A stretch of 64,000 nt of DNA from Phoronis australis (lineage: Eukaryota; Animalia; Phoronida): positions 15,257 through 79,256 of the forward strand of contig NMRA01000848.1 in the NCBI GenBank assembly GCA_002633005.1. The letters are read 5' to 3'. Positions 37,415 to 50,599 of the stretch are shown one piece after another. The notes under the pieces were generated by a model, which had not been told where the DNA came from, did no database searches, and saw only the letters and a program-made list of their open reading frames with translations. A program made the translations under genes and the position numbers. The first letter of the stretch is position 1. Each line of letters begins with the position of its first letter.

Positions 37415-39500
37415 TTTAGTTTAGTTTAGTTTAGCTTATTTTCAACGTTTAAGGCCTTGGCCCACATGTTACATGGAATTTACAGGATAACGCTGAACAA
37501 CTTTTCCTTGAGGGAAGTGTAACATCTTCAATTAGGGACACACAGAAACAACACACACGCCATTTTTGGTCCACAAGATCATGTCCACCATTCTCTATCA
37601 TCAAGTTACGATTGCGGTTGCGTAAGTTAGCCATACCTGCTCAAAGATATATGAAATATTACGCAAGGAATAGGATTCAATATCAAAATCAAATTTAAAT
37701 GAGGAATATGTATTACGTTTTGAGCTATTCTCCACAGCAAAGCTACAATCTTGTAAAAAACATCTTTAATTGGCTGCTCAAAAATGACAAGCAAAGATGC
37801 CTCCCAGCCAATGGTTTAATCGTGCCATACAAATTCAAAACCAAATCTTTGCAGCAAATTCGTAATAGCTGAAGCCCAACTCCCCCCCCCCCCTCCTCCA
37901 TCGTCATCCAATGTGACACGCTTGTCATGGACTGATTTTGGATTTCGATGTCCTGGCATTTCAACAATTTAAACCAATATTTGATCAGTTTAACAAACAG
38001 CTTTACATAAACTGGATACCTTTATCCCAGTTCTCACAGGACAGCATGATTTGAATAGTTACTTCCAACTCCCAGCAGTTGCTCACATAATTTCAATTGG
38101 ACGCGCTTGATACTAGATTATTCTACAAATCCCCAAATCTCACTGCAATAGCAAATGATTGGGCATACCCTTTTTTCAAACATCTTGAGTGCAATCTTCG
38201 GTGAAAGTCGTCCACATTTTGACTAAAGACGTTTCATTGAAAAATCGCTTTCTATTCCTGGTTAGACAGTGTCCAGACTAACTTAGGAGTAAGGCAAGTA
38301 CCCAGGTACTTTTTTATGAGTCGAAATCAATTTTGTCGTTTCCTAAATGCCATTTTTCGTAACTTCTCGATGGTCCGCCTTTTCTAAATACCATTATTTT
38401 TTTTAGATTGATTTCCATACCCCAATCCTGACAGTATGCCTGCAGAACCTTAACTTGTTGCTGAAGTTTAAAGGCTGTCTCTGCACAACCAACCATATCA
38501 TCAGCGTGTAGTAACATATACATTGAGATGCGTTCTCATTAACGTAAATTCCGCTTATTAAAGATTCTTTTAAGTAATCAACAAACTCGTTCAAATACAT
38601 ACTGAATAAAAATTGACTACTGAAGCATACATGTACGCCCTTGGCGAATACCGCTATTATTACTGAAAAAGTCAGTTATCCCACGCTCAGTTCTTACACA
38701 CGCTCTTAACTTTGAATACATACTTTTCATCAATTTTAAAAGACTACCATGAATTCCTGTTCCACAAAAATATGTGAAATGTTGACAATGGCCCAAGAAA
38801 AATCCATGTACATGTATATAGCATAAAATCTGCCTCTTCGTTCATTCAAGTACCAATGAACAATTTCTTGTAAGGTAGAAACTTGGACTATTATACTATA
38901 ACCTTTTCTAAAACCAGGCTGAACTTCGTTAGATAAGTCATTATCGTTGGCCCCGATAGTTATTTACGTCATTGACTCCCCCTTGCTGATGCAATGAACA
39001 TACATTATAGCGTCACACCAGGACTAAGGAAATCCCCTTGATCATAGAGCACCATAATTAAAAAATATTTGTCAAAACAGGTGTTATATAATCTTCGGTG
39101 GACTTAAAAAGCTCTCAAATAAGTGCGTCAACACCGGAACATGGGCCGTTTGATAGTTTTCGAAGAGCAAAAAAAATCCCACTTTCGCTAAATTCATGAT
39201 TCAGATGAGTTGAGTCATCAACAAGACAGTCATTACAATACTCGTCATGTCTTGCCAAGTTCCTTTTTACTTGTCCAAGCATACGTCCGTTATTAGAGTT
39301 TTCTTAAGAGTCGTACCATTCACCTGAAGGCAAAAACTCTGCTGACTCGTCTTGAATATAATGAGAGAGATTGCCAATTCTAGCTTTAGGATCGTCAGCC
39401 ATCAAAAAGATATATCATCGTGGGCATTTAAAAGGGCATCCTCAATACCAATTCTCAAGATTTCTACACCATTCTTTTCAATTTGACTTTCTAAGTAAAC
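37415..39500 (-). mobile_element. Decayed non-LTR retrotransposon (RT region and 3' tail)
   Basis: GIRQG..ML, LLHADD, LQ.....L..YC..W...IN..K.MVF RT motifs; (CTAAA)n tail near 37415-37435. Confidence 0.85.
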
Positions 39501-39534
39501 ACAACAGAATAATACATTCGTTTCAGTACACAAT

Positions 39535-39691
39535 CAGGGGAGGATCCAGGATTTTGAGTTAGGGGGCAGAGTATCAGCCAGGATTTTGCTCGTCAGACAT
39601 TCGCACCCCCGAATAGCCAAATGAAATGTAGAAGACTTTTAGGGGGTGGGCATGTTTCACTTGCCTCCCCCCCCCCCTTAAACCCGCCACT
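39535..39691 (+). mobile_element. Small hAT-like MITE, family C copy 1
   Basis: CAGGGGAGGATCCAGG ... CCCGCCACTG; homolog at 62881-63036. Confidence 0.7.
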
Positions 39692-40224
39692 GTCTACGAT
39701 TGTTGGACGTCTCCTGCTCGAATTAGACAGCAGAACAAGACGTGTTGTGCGGCAACACGAGAAGTTGTTGACGAAACTTAAGAGTTTTGCGTTCAATGAA
39801 ACTATAATAAAAAGTGTGTTTGGTACGATCAACACGACGGAATTAAAATAAATACGAATGTAAATTCTCAAGAAATGATGGTTTTTAGCTCAAGCCGTTT
39901 AAGTCACTAGTAAAGTGGGTTAACCACTAAAGTAAACTTGGATGGAAATAGTGCAGTTTTAAGTGTTTCCAAACTATGTTTTCAAAACAGATGTCAGTAG
40001 TCTGGTCTTTAAATCAAGTTATTGTCTCTTGTAAATCGTGATATCTTTTACAATTCAATTACATCTTATTGACTACTTCCATTAGGGCAAAGCAATCGTA
40101 TAGAACAGAACAGAAGCATTAAAACATTGTGATGGATGTTGAGATAAAGTCAATCCCATCAAACTGTTTTTGAGAAACCCGATTACTCGTCTGCAGCAGC
40201 CCTGATTTTATACGTTAGATCTGT

Positions 40225-40227
40225 TCG

Positions 40228-40262
<35 letters not shown>

Positions 40263-40263
40263 A
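40225..40263. repeat. (CGTG)n microsatellite
   Basis: Tandem CGTG. Confidence 0.95.
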
Positions 40264-41219
40264 TGTGCTTGTTTGTGTGTGCTCGTGTATGCTTGTCTTA
40301 AGCACACATTTTCTTCGATGTTTTTGCTTTAGGTTAAGAAATGATGTATTAAAAACCAAGAAAGACATACGGCCAAATGTTACTCAGTACAGTGATTTCT
40401 AGGAACAAAAATTTGTATACCGTACAGCAGATTACCGTGGAGAGAGGGCTCACTTGTCCCAGACGGTCGCTTAATCGGTTCCCAAATTTGGACCCACATA
40501 TTGGAAACTTCTGGCTACGACGCCAGAGGATACAACACTCCTGAAACGTGTAGAAGTTACTGTGTTAACGGTGACACGACAATTATTGGATTCATCATAT
40601 CAAACTTACATGTAAACATTGGCGGGCTGTTGGAATGGATTGAGTGAGTTAGCTGTGCTTTGTAATTTTCTGTGGATGAGGAGAGAATCATTAAAAGTCA
40701 GGTCTTACTTAAAGAACATTAACAATATCGACGTGTAGCTTCGCCCAGATCGCATATTCATTTCTCGTATCACCTGCTAGTGCATTGTAATAGTGTATGC
40801 TGGTCGCTGTGACGTAATACGACTTGGTAGTGTACCTCAAAACCCCAAAAATATTCCATCAGATGGTCCCCCATTTCGTCAGTGCCACACCTCATTTGCC
40901 AATGTTTTAAATTGCAGTCTAAACCAGTCCTTGTACATAACAAGAAGTCCATGACTTATCTTACTGCATCATTCTTTGTAATCTTGCCCTTGAAGTACCA
41001 TGAGTTGTTCAGTTGTTCATCCTTGTCGTGAGCAGATTCGTGACGTTGAAACAAACTGCTTTCAACAAACGTTTTAGCCAATAGATTTCTATTGTTGGTT
41101 TCAGTAGATACTTTAAGACGCACTACATGTAGTTGATAGAAATTTGATTAACTATTCCACAGCTGCATAGCCAATGTTTATTCTGAAACACGTACCAGGT
41201 TACATCTACCTTTTTGCAG

Positions 41220-41522
41220 GACTTCCCGGATGCTATGAAGGTTATCTTGAAATGGCAAAAACCGATTGGTTGGGAGTTGTTGCGTATGATGACGCCAAGG
41301 ACAACACGCACAAGAAATGCCGGAAGACTTGCAGCAAAATGGGCTACCCGATTGCTGGCGTTGCAAAACAGACTAGTTGTTGGTGTGGAAACAATTATCT
41401 AGGGGTACGATTTATTGAATGGGCGGAACCTAACAGATGTGATTTACCGTGTCCCGGTAATCAAGAAGAAAATTGCGGGAACAACCAGTACCCTCTAATC
41501 TGGATAATGGAGTCAGATCCAG
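41220..41522 (+). CDS. WSC-kringle gene, exon 4 (WSC2)
   Basis: GCY...T.KKCRKTCSKMGYPIAGV...SCWCGN...RCDLPCPGNQEENCG; phase 1-1. Confidence 0.92.
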
Positions 41523-42682
41523 GTTAGTGAAAATGTGTTTTTGACATAACTTTTCCATTTTGCGTTCAAGATAGTTAAATATGCGCTTTGGCGCTTCAAT
41601 GAGCCTCAGTGTTCTAAGCGATTGTCGCTCTGGTCCGATTTTGAATTTTTTCTTAATGCACACACAACTCTACCTGCAATAAATGCACATCTGCATTTTT
41701 AAAGTTGACTTAACCCAATCTTCTTTGATACGTGTTCTTCACCAACGGAGACAGCATCCTATCACGGTTAGCAATGTTACGATACCTAATTCAATATTAG
41801 TTTCAGCCAAAAGTTCGGGGCTAAATTCAGCTTTAAATAAACACTATCGCGTGTTGTTGACAGACAGCTTACACTGACACCAACAATGGTAACCGTGGGA
41901 AGCTTTCAATTCTGGTCACTTTATTCTTAGTCCTTGTGGCTTCGTCATTAGAATCTGTATCGGGAACACGATTGTCAAGGTGTTGTTTATGGTGCGATTC
42001 TATGCTTGCCATCGCGCATTTCGTTCGTCAGCAATTAACCTTACAGATTTTGCTTAAACCCCCTTGAACTCCTCCAACCCACACACCACGACCCCCTCGG
42101 CCCACGACCCCTCGACCCAAGGCCCACAATCCGCTCAGCCAAATCTACACCAGGGCAAGCGCTGACTTGCATACAACAACTCTGGCCGTGAGCTCTGCTG
42201 GCTTTCCCATGTTTCTGCAATTAGGGAAGTACATTCACCAAGTTTGAAAGCAAAAAAAAACAGAAAAAACAACTCGTCCAATTCTAATCAAACACCTACT
42301 GACGTTACAAATCGTCTCGTTCCCGGCAGTGTGTAATCGTCTCGTCTTCTCTCCAGTGAAGGGTAGATTCAAGCTATTTTGGTAGAGTGCGAGAGGGCCA
42401 CGAATATATAGTATCTTCAGTAAATACAGTTTGAAAAAAGCAAACTGTTAGCTAAGAACCATCTCAAAATCACGTGTAAAATATTGTTAATGAGTCTAGG
42501 ACAGAAAGCAAGTAATGGAAACGTGAAATTATAAGCATTCACGATAACGTACTCTCTCCTTATATTTAGTAGGACAGCGCCATTGGTAGCTGCTCGTTGA
42601 ACTAATTCCGTGACAACCATGTAACACGGTCAAAATATTCTTACGCCACTCTCTCATTTCAATCACCAGTCTTGAGCCAGAT

Positions 42683-42843
42683 CAGCCTCCCGTTCAGTAG
42701 CGCTTGAGCCCCGCTAAAAAGCAAGACTTCGCGAGATTAAGTGAGGCATTGCCGTGTAGCTTTAATTATAACGCGTGACTTTGATTAGATTTTAGCTAGG
42801 TCCTAGCGTACAGTAGGTCCTACCGTTACTGAAAGCACGCCAG
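42683..42843 (+). mobile_element. MITE family B, copy 3
   Basis: Homolog of 12156-12313. Confidence 0.75.
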
Positions 42844-43474
42844 ATTTGCGTGTAGGTAAGTCGTATAGGAAATTCACTCGTCGACGTAATATGATTATGA
42901 AATGTGTCGATTTCGGTGGTATTTTCCATTAACCCGACCAAATGATGCTGTATTCATGTACCTGGACACTTTGTAAAATCTGTATTCTGAGATAACTCCA
43001 AAACTAGCTTGAACTATTGTCCGTATTAGCAACTGTTTACGGCCTTATTTGTAAGCAGAAACGCCAATAGATAAAGGTTTTGATTTTGAAGAGAAGTCGA
43101 AACGACGGTTACTTTACTCAGACATGCTTTCTGGTGTATACTTGGAAGTTGCTACATGTATTGCCAAAGAATGTGGAACTATTGGATTGTGTGTTGGAAA
43201 ATCTGTGTTGTCACACACCTCTTCTTTTATTAGGACCTTTTTTACTAGAAATCGAACTTGAATTACTTTCGGTATTTTCTATTTCGAGTACAAGGATTTG
43301 ACCCAGTGCCCAGATGTTGTTGTAGCTGATTTGTACATTACGTGCATTTATTTGACCCCTAGCAAATTTGTCATCAATTCTTCGGCCTCTGGCAAACTTA
43401 CAGTGTATCACTCTACCTGAAAATAATGTGTAAAATTAGTCACGTTTGAGAAAATGATCCATCGATGGTTCCAG

Positions 43475-43792
43475 TTGCGAATGTCACCTGCTTGAAAGAC
43501 CAACGAGGCATACATTACCACGGGAAGGTATCGCACAGTAAATTTGCAGAAACATGTTTGAAATGGTCAATCTTGAACTCACCCGACATAAGCAAAATCT
43601 ACACACAAGGCCCTGATGCATCAGACCTGGCAGGATGGCTTAAAGACTTTAAGAGCATGAAAGCGGAGGATCAAAATACCAACTACTGCCGGAACATTGA
43701 TAACGACAAAATGGGACCGTGGTGCCTTGTTGGAAATACGAAGGGATATCTCATAAAAAGATACTGCTACATTCCAGTGTGCCCATATGAAG
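43475..43792 (+). CDS. WSC-kringle gene, exon 5 (kringle 1)
   Basis: C....G..Y.G.......C..W...NYCRNIDNDKMGPWC...YCYIPVC; phase 1-1. Confidence 0.93.
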
Positions 43793-45701
43793 GTAGATAT
43801 AGTAATGCCAACTAAAAGATGCACTTGTTCCAATGGGCAAACCAGCCGTAGAACGGAAACATACCACAAAAAAAAATATTTTGCTGCAAACTGTTTTGCA
43901 ATTTTGAACAGTCTTTCTGTCAAAAACATGCAATACAACATCATGGCCTTTTGCAGTGAACTTCTATATAGGCTTTATTTTCTGCCTACATATTTGTCTT
44001 ATAATATTTTATAACGGCTACTAAATGCGTTTTGTTCAAGAAAGCGAGCGTCCGATTTAGACACATTACGGTTATAAACATGCCTTCGGTAAGACAAGTA
44101 TTTGAAGCTTTGAGATAACCTTCATTGTGCATCAATTTTATGAAAGTAATTGATCATAATCATAAGTTGATTTTTGTGATTGGCGATTTAATTGTTTACT
44201 ATGTTCACAAAGTTGACTTGTTCTATTTACGTAAACACCTTCTGTACCGCTTATTTTTCCGAAATTTACGAAAAAAGTGATACGTTGTATCGCTGCGGGT
44301 CATTTTGGCAGCCAAGACGATTATTGACGGCTTGATGTCTTTCACAACAGTTGGCACTGGCATTTTTAAATTTCTGGGTCCCGTTCCAATTAAACTGACT
44401 TAGCTGAGACAAATCTTAAATTTCAGTCAATTTCAAGAGACATTTCAATTCTGACTAAATCGCGACAAAGTCTCGAAATCGCGATATCATGCAATAATCC
44501 GTATAAATCCAAGTGAACAACAGCGGCTGCGCGCAAGCTTTTTTTTGTGACCATGTCAACGTCTCCAAACGTTTGATATTCGAAAAGTGTCGGAATTTTA
44601 AGTTGCTATTTTTCGGTGTTTTATGTGCCCTCCTAATAAACAACAATTAACAACAGGTGGTTCTGTATCTTGCCTGTTCACCCAATCACAACATCATGAA
44701 TTGAAAAATGCATTGGATCATCTTAAATTGCACACTGGATAATGAATAACGAGAAATTGTCAATTTCACATTTAGATCAAAGGCATAGCAGCATTGCAAT
44801 ATATCCAAACAAAACTTGAGGATGTTTTTGTTGATCAAATCATCAAGTGTCAGTTACTAGTCAATTAAGATAAAATAAGAAACGTTGTTTCTTTTCCTTG
44901 AGTTTGTAAGGTTCACTTTCATTTTATGATATTAAAATGCTCACGATTTACTGAGTAACATGAATTTTAGATTGGTGCAATGCGTATTGTGAGCACGCTC
45001 TCAATGCAAAGGTCTCACAGGTCTGGAATTTGAATTAGATATTCTGTATCTTCAGCTAAGTAATATTTTTGTATTTTTTGTTGGAAATATATTAACTAAT
45101 TCTCATTTATTTATGCATAACACAGATGCGTACTTGAACTGCATGCTAGTATCATAGTGTCGATTTTGTCATTTCTGGTAAAGCAGCTCTTTTTACTGCC
45201 AAGTGGTTTTGTCACGAAGTTAATTAAAGTTTGTCTGAGTTGGGAGGGTTCTGTCCAACTCCATCTAGTCTTTTTCGAAAACTACTATTTATACAAGGCT
45301 GCATCAATAATGTATTCCTTTAGAACTACATGTCACAATTTCTGAATCAGATGTTCGTAAAATTTGAATCTATGGTAAAATGATACCTCGCAACACCCTT
45401 ACACTTTCTTAAGTCGGGCTCTCGGTTTTGCATCCTATTTGGTATATCTGGATTGACCGGACGCAGAAAACGCAATGTATGATCCAAGCCAATGCGCATC
45501 CCAATTGGAACCAAAATTCAACAGGTATCCCGCTGTTCTTTTGGCGTTTCTTTACTATAGCTTGTTTTTCCAGATCAGTACCTCTGTGTTTTTATCCTAT
45601 CACATTTTATCTCGTTACGAATTTATGGCGAATAAAGGAAACCACATCAAACCCTGACATTGTGTAAAGAAAAAATCACGAAATTCCTCCAATATTTTCA
45701 G

Positions 45702-45722
45702 TAACAAAGACTACAGTACGAG
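45702..45722 (+). CDS. WSC-kringle gene, candidate 21-nt linker microexon
   Basis: ttttcag|TAACAAAGACTACAGTACGAG|gtgagt; frame-preserving, encodes VTKTTVR. Confidence 0.5.
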
Positions 45723-47370
45723 GTGAGTACAATGTATCCTAATTGAAAGTGAAGCCGTTACTCATTGGTGCGTATTCAATGTTGATAAGGTAGTTTGTCT
45801 GCTGTCTCTCATACGGTCTTTACTTTTTGTTCGAAACCAATCTTCATGGATCAAAATGATGAGTTATCGTACTTTTTATGTTTTCGTGCCTTCATCCACG
45901 TATTTTCATTACACAACTGGCACCGACGTTGGAAGTGTCTTACCAATAGTGCTTCAATCGAGGCGTGCAGATCACCTGCTCCATGTTCACCAGCTGGTTA
46001 TACCGTACTTTGTTTAACAACAAAAGTTTCATATGTTTTCATTGTCAATTTAAATATAAGCTAAGAGCTTTCAATAGAAAGTCCATTCGAAATTCCAGTG
46101 TGCATCACCTGTACAGTTTGGGAAGATGTTTATTCCCGCGGTCGGTTTCAGGATAATGGAGAGGAGAAGACTTGTCTTCCCGCTTCCCTCCTCTAGGGAT
46201 TTTGAATCTCTAATTCACTTATGGAGCCCATTTACTTTACTTTAAAGGAAAAAAAGGCTGACACTTGAACTTACACGACGTAACGGAGTGATAAAACATT
46301 CATCTAAACTTCTCTGTCTAGCACCTCACTGTTGGACGTTTGCAAGGGACTCAGTGTGCTTAACGGAATACTGTTCTTGCCAATTTTAACCCATTCAACA
46401 GTTGTTTAACTTCATGTATACTCGCCCGCTACCTTTTTGACTCTAAGGATGAGCCCGAAAGTCTTAGCTTTGGTCAAGATGTTCGAGATATTGAAACTAT
46501 GACCTGCATTACTGCGAGTGGGATAATGGTTGAGCTCTATAAGCTATTCTCTTCAATAGAGTATCCGTGGTCGTTGCCGTGCAGTCTTCGACCTACAACT
46601 CTTTCTGATCGTGGCAGCCTAATTCTGCATCTACACCATGTACAGGATTTGTTCCCGTTATACATACGTTGCGGCATGCTTGCCGTAATCATTGCAAGAC
46701 AATCTTTCCCAACTGCAGAGAGGAAAATAGGCGAGAAATGACATGGCACCTTGTTGATGGAGATTCCTAAAGTTCTACCAGGCTGGATTTCGACACTTTT
46801 CAAAACTTATTTTTGGCGGTGTCAATTCCGTGGCTTCAGTTCTAATTAACCGTTTGTATTTTCAGATGTCCAGTACATTCAATGTTCCTTTTAAACTGGA
46901 GCTCGTTTCATAACTTTTGCCATCATTTTATGGTCGCTCATTATCGTCATACTGTGTGGGTGTCCGCTCGACATGGTCGGAATTTTTATTGGCGCAAGGG
47001 TGTAGAGCATTATCAGAAAGGCTCGGGTCATTTTTCAATCTGCCTCCTTCCGGGGTCACAAGGTTATAACATTTTCAGCATTTTTGAGGAAGAGAAATTC
47101 CGGATGATCTCTAAAGAACCGACTGACAGATTTTACTGAAGCTCAAACAGAAGTATGTAACATCAATGCCCCGGCGACATATTTTGGGTCGATTGGACCA
47201 CTGTGGCGCCTCTTATTGGTCATTTGTACTCGAAAAAGCTATTTAAGTGTTATTTTGGGGAAAAACTTGTCCCAGAGGTATGTGACTTAATTGCGTCAAT
47301 TAATTTCCCTCCTTAATTCTGGGCAAACAAAAAGCCCTTATCTCAGTTGTTTGGCCTATTTGCTTTCCAG

Positions 47371-47652
47371 AACAAAATTTCAATTGTAAATTTACGCAAA
47401 AAGGGGTTGAGTACTTTGGAACAAAGGCAACTACAATCAAACGAGAAACTTGTGAACGATGGAACGATGATTATGTCGTCTTCCTACTCTTCGAGGAAAC
47501 AGGAGGGGAAGCAGCCTTCGACAAAATGCCCGTGCACGTGCAATTGTCGAATTTTTGCAGGAACCCGACCAGCAAAGCTAAGGGCCCTTGGTGTTACATC
47601 AAGGGAAAACTTCCGAATTGGGAGTACTGTGGAATTCACATGTGTTCCAGCA
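47371..47652 (+). CDS. WSC-kringle gene, kringle 2 exon
   Basis: cag|EQNFNCKFTQKGVEYFGT...TCERW...SNFCRNPTSKAKGPWCYI...WEYCGIHMCSS|gtaagt; not in the ORF track frame; phase 1-1. Confidence 0.92.
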
Positions 47653-48425
47653 GTAAGTGACCCTTTTCATATTTTATTTCCAGAAGTCTAGGGAAAAGTT
47701 CTTGTTGATTACTTATAATACGTCGGTTGTTTCTGCGCTGAAGTTTTTGTGAACTCATAATCAACATTGTGAGTCTCCATTCACAGTGTGTCGTTTAAAT
47801 GGAGTTTATCTAAGAGTTCAGTGAATAAAATTACCAGCAAAGTGCGTGAATAGATGAAATACCATTTTGAACTAATGTGCTGATTTATCCATTGACAGAA
47901 ACTTAAATATTGACAGTCTAATAATTTTAGACATAGAACAAAGTATCCAACCGTATTCATATCCTCATCAAGTTGATTGAACTTCTCAAGTTTACCCAAC
48001 CAGTCATTAAAGGGCATTTGGTCAACATGACTCTGTCTGCAGTTTGTGTTAAGTCAAGATTACCTTTTTGAACAAAGTGTAAAAGACAAAACATGGCGTG
48101 AAGTGTGCCAAAACCGTTATGGTCTTGTTTAAAAATGAATTTTACAAAAAGTGTGTATGAGAAGAGCTGGAGTACATCTATCTGCCAGAAGACATGCTGG
48201 CATAGATTATAGACAATGGATTCGCAACTCCGACATTTTCTTGCGTACTATCACCCAGGAGGCGCCATTTTCCTAAATTACCATTTTCAGTTTCCGCTTT
48301 GTGTATTTCGACGGGAAATTCTCGAATCTATTTTACGGTCCAATACAATAAAAAACATAATAATTTGGGTATTGAAACGCTGGTATCGTGAGTACTTTTG
48401 TTACCTGACCACACAACAGCCGACC

Positions 48426-49512
48426 TAGCCAGCCAGCTGCATGAAGGCTATCGTCAAAACACAGCTAGGTAACACTTAGTCTTGTATATATAGTACACAA
48501 CTTTGAGCTGATGTGAGTAAAAAGTGGCAAAATCTGACACAAAATTGGTGTCGTTAAAAACAATATTCTTCTTTGAGTAACCTATATTTTTAACGGTGTT
48601 GGAAACAATTTCGTTCTACCGTTATTCTTCAGCTAATAATGTGGACCGATCTTCAGCGTCGTCTTACGCGCCATGAAATATTGCGTATAACCTATTGGCC
48701 AGTTTCTTTTTTCAACGATTCTTCAATCAACTGTTGTTCTTCCACGAGTTTGCGTACAACACACAACAAATTATCGAATTCATTATAAGTTTTTTAGAAT
48801 TTTGTTACCGAAAAACCGAAGTTCAGAAGAAATTTGGTTGCTGCCAAGCTGTTGTCATCTCCCGAGAGATGTCGCACAAATTTTGGAAAATGCCGGTGTG
48901 CGTGGCACGAACATACGACATACTTTTCTTTGTTAGAAAAGGCGAAGAGCTACGGACGAAAATGACGTTTATTGCATTTTTCCATTTAAACGGCTGTAAC
49001 GGGCAAGTTGATGGTCGGTTAATTCCCAGAATTTGCATGCACCCCGTCCGGTCTTTAGCTCTACATTTTGATACAAGTTTTACGGCGAGGTTACGAGCAA
49101 AACTACCATGCCTGTGTGGAATTTCGGGGTCTACGGAAGAAATACACGTACACAAAGTAATACCTAGCTTATTTTACGACAGTCTTCATACAGCTAGCTG
49201 GCTGGCTACCTGGCTGGCTACCTGGCTGTATGCAATTTAGGGGTCTATGGATGAAAACACACAGTGGTACCTAGCTGTATTTTGACGATAGTCTTCATAC
49301 AGCTAGCTGGCTAGCTAGGTACCACTGAAAGTTGACGCAGAAGATGCTTCACAACTTTAGCAGCAGAATAACGGTAGAACGCTTATTTTTGCAAAACCAA
49401 AAATAATTTTAGTCACTCAAATAAGTGTGTAGTTTTTAATGACGCTAATTTTGTGTCATATTTCATCTGGTCATTTTTGCCGACATGGGCGCAAAGCTGT
49501 ATATTTTGTATA
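48426..49512. repeat. Interleaved inverted repeats (two TIR systems)
   Basis: 48490-48660 is the reverse complement of ~49333-49512; 48426-48471 is the reverse complement of both ~49161-49207 and ~49268-49320. Confidence 0.7.
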
Positions 49513-50599
49513 CAGCTTCTCACCAAGACTAGCCGACCATGATTACCCGTATGTACTTTCCGGAAGTAAAACTTGCTAATTTTGCCAGCTGTCGCTAGTG
49601 AATAAGGACGTCATGGCTTTTGCGTAAGATCACATATTCCGTCCTTTGAAAATGTACGGAGTTGGCGGTCGGTGAGCTACATGTATGGTCTATTGTTTGA
49701 GCAACTTCGTGTGTAAGTAATGACAATTTCGATAAATGGTAGAATTTCCAGACATTAAGAATGATTCCATATAAAAACCATATGAAAATGAAAAATCACT
49801 ATATACTCAAAAATTCATACAGAGCTAATACTTTGTGCATGTGTTGGTATGCTGGCCCAAAGTACACTGCTGCAATATTTGCACTCAATGACATTTGGTT
49901 ACCGAGATATGACCTATTTGGCTATAAAGGCATATTTTGCATTTTTTCATGTCAATAAAACTGCATTTTTGAACGGCAAAAGATCAGACTTAGAAAACTG
50001 GTGACACAGTTTGACATTAATGGTCATAAAGACTCATGTAGGGTTAGTAAGAAAATGAAATTTGCAACTCATTGGTACAATTAAATTTCCAGCAGGGGAG
50101 ACAACTCCGAGACCACTTTTCAGGCCAGTCATTAGTGGCAAGATGTTGCTTAACCTGCCTGCTATATCGGATTATATTTGAAGTTGAAATTCTCTGTGTA
50201 GACACTTCTAAGTTTGAACTTTGATAATTGCTTTTAAAAAAACTTGTCTCTTATATACTTAGTGCCAAACGTGGCCCTCGAATTCGGGCATTTTTGTGAT
50301 GTGACCTTAGTCTGACTGACAAGAAAATTTAGGCTACTCTTTTAGTTTAGAGATATCACCTAAAATATATGATCTAATATCAACAATGCAATATCACAAA
50401 AATTTAAATTTCACTTTTGAGACCCCAATTTTCTAAAACACTCCATGCTTTGTTTAACTTCACCAATAGCACTTTTGGGTTCGAGATTACATTCACTTCC
50501 TGTCACTAAAGAATATGGAGGAATTTCCTTCTTGTACATTTGGTTAATTTTCGTTACATAAGTGCAATCGTGGAGGAAATGTGGCCTTCATTAGCTGTC

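Noticed and set aside
45428-47139. Hydrophobic short ORFs suggesting a membrane-protein pseudogene in the kringle 1-2 intron
   Set aside because: Frames are broken and I recognise no family motif.
47347-47691. 114-aa ORF with a sushi-like GSTVEFTC string
   Set aside because: An alternative frame gives a complete six-cysteine kringle with proper splice sites.
48695-49240. 181-aa ORF
   Set aside because: Lies within inverted-repeat DNA; no recognisable domain.
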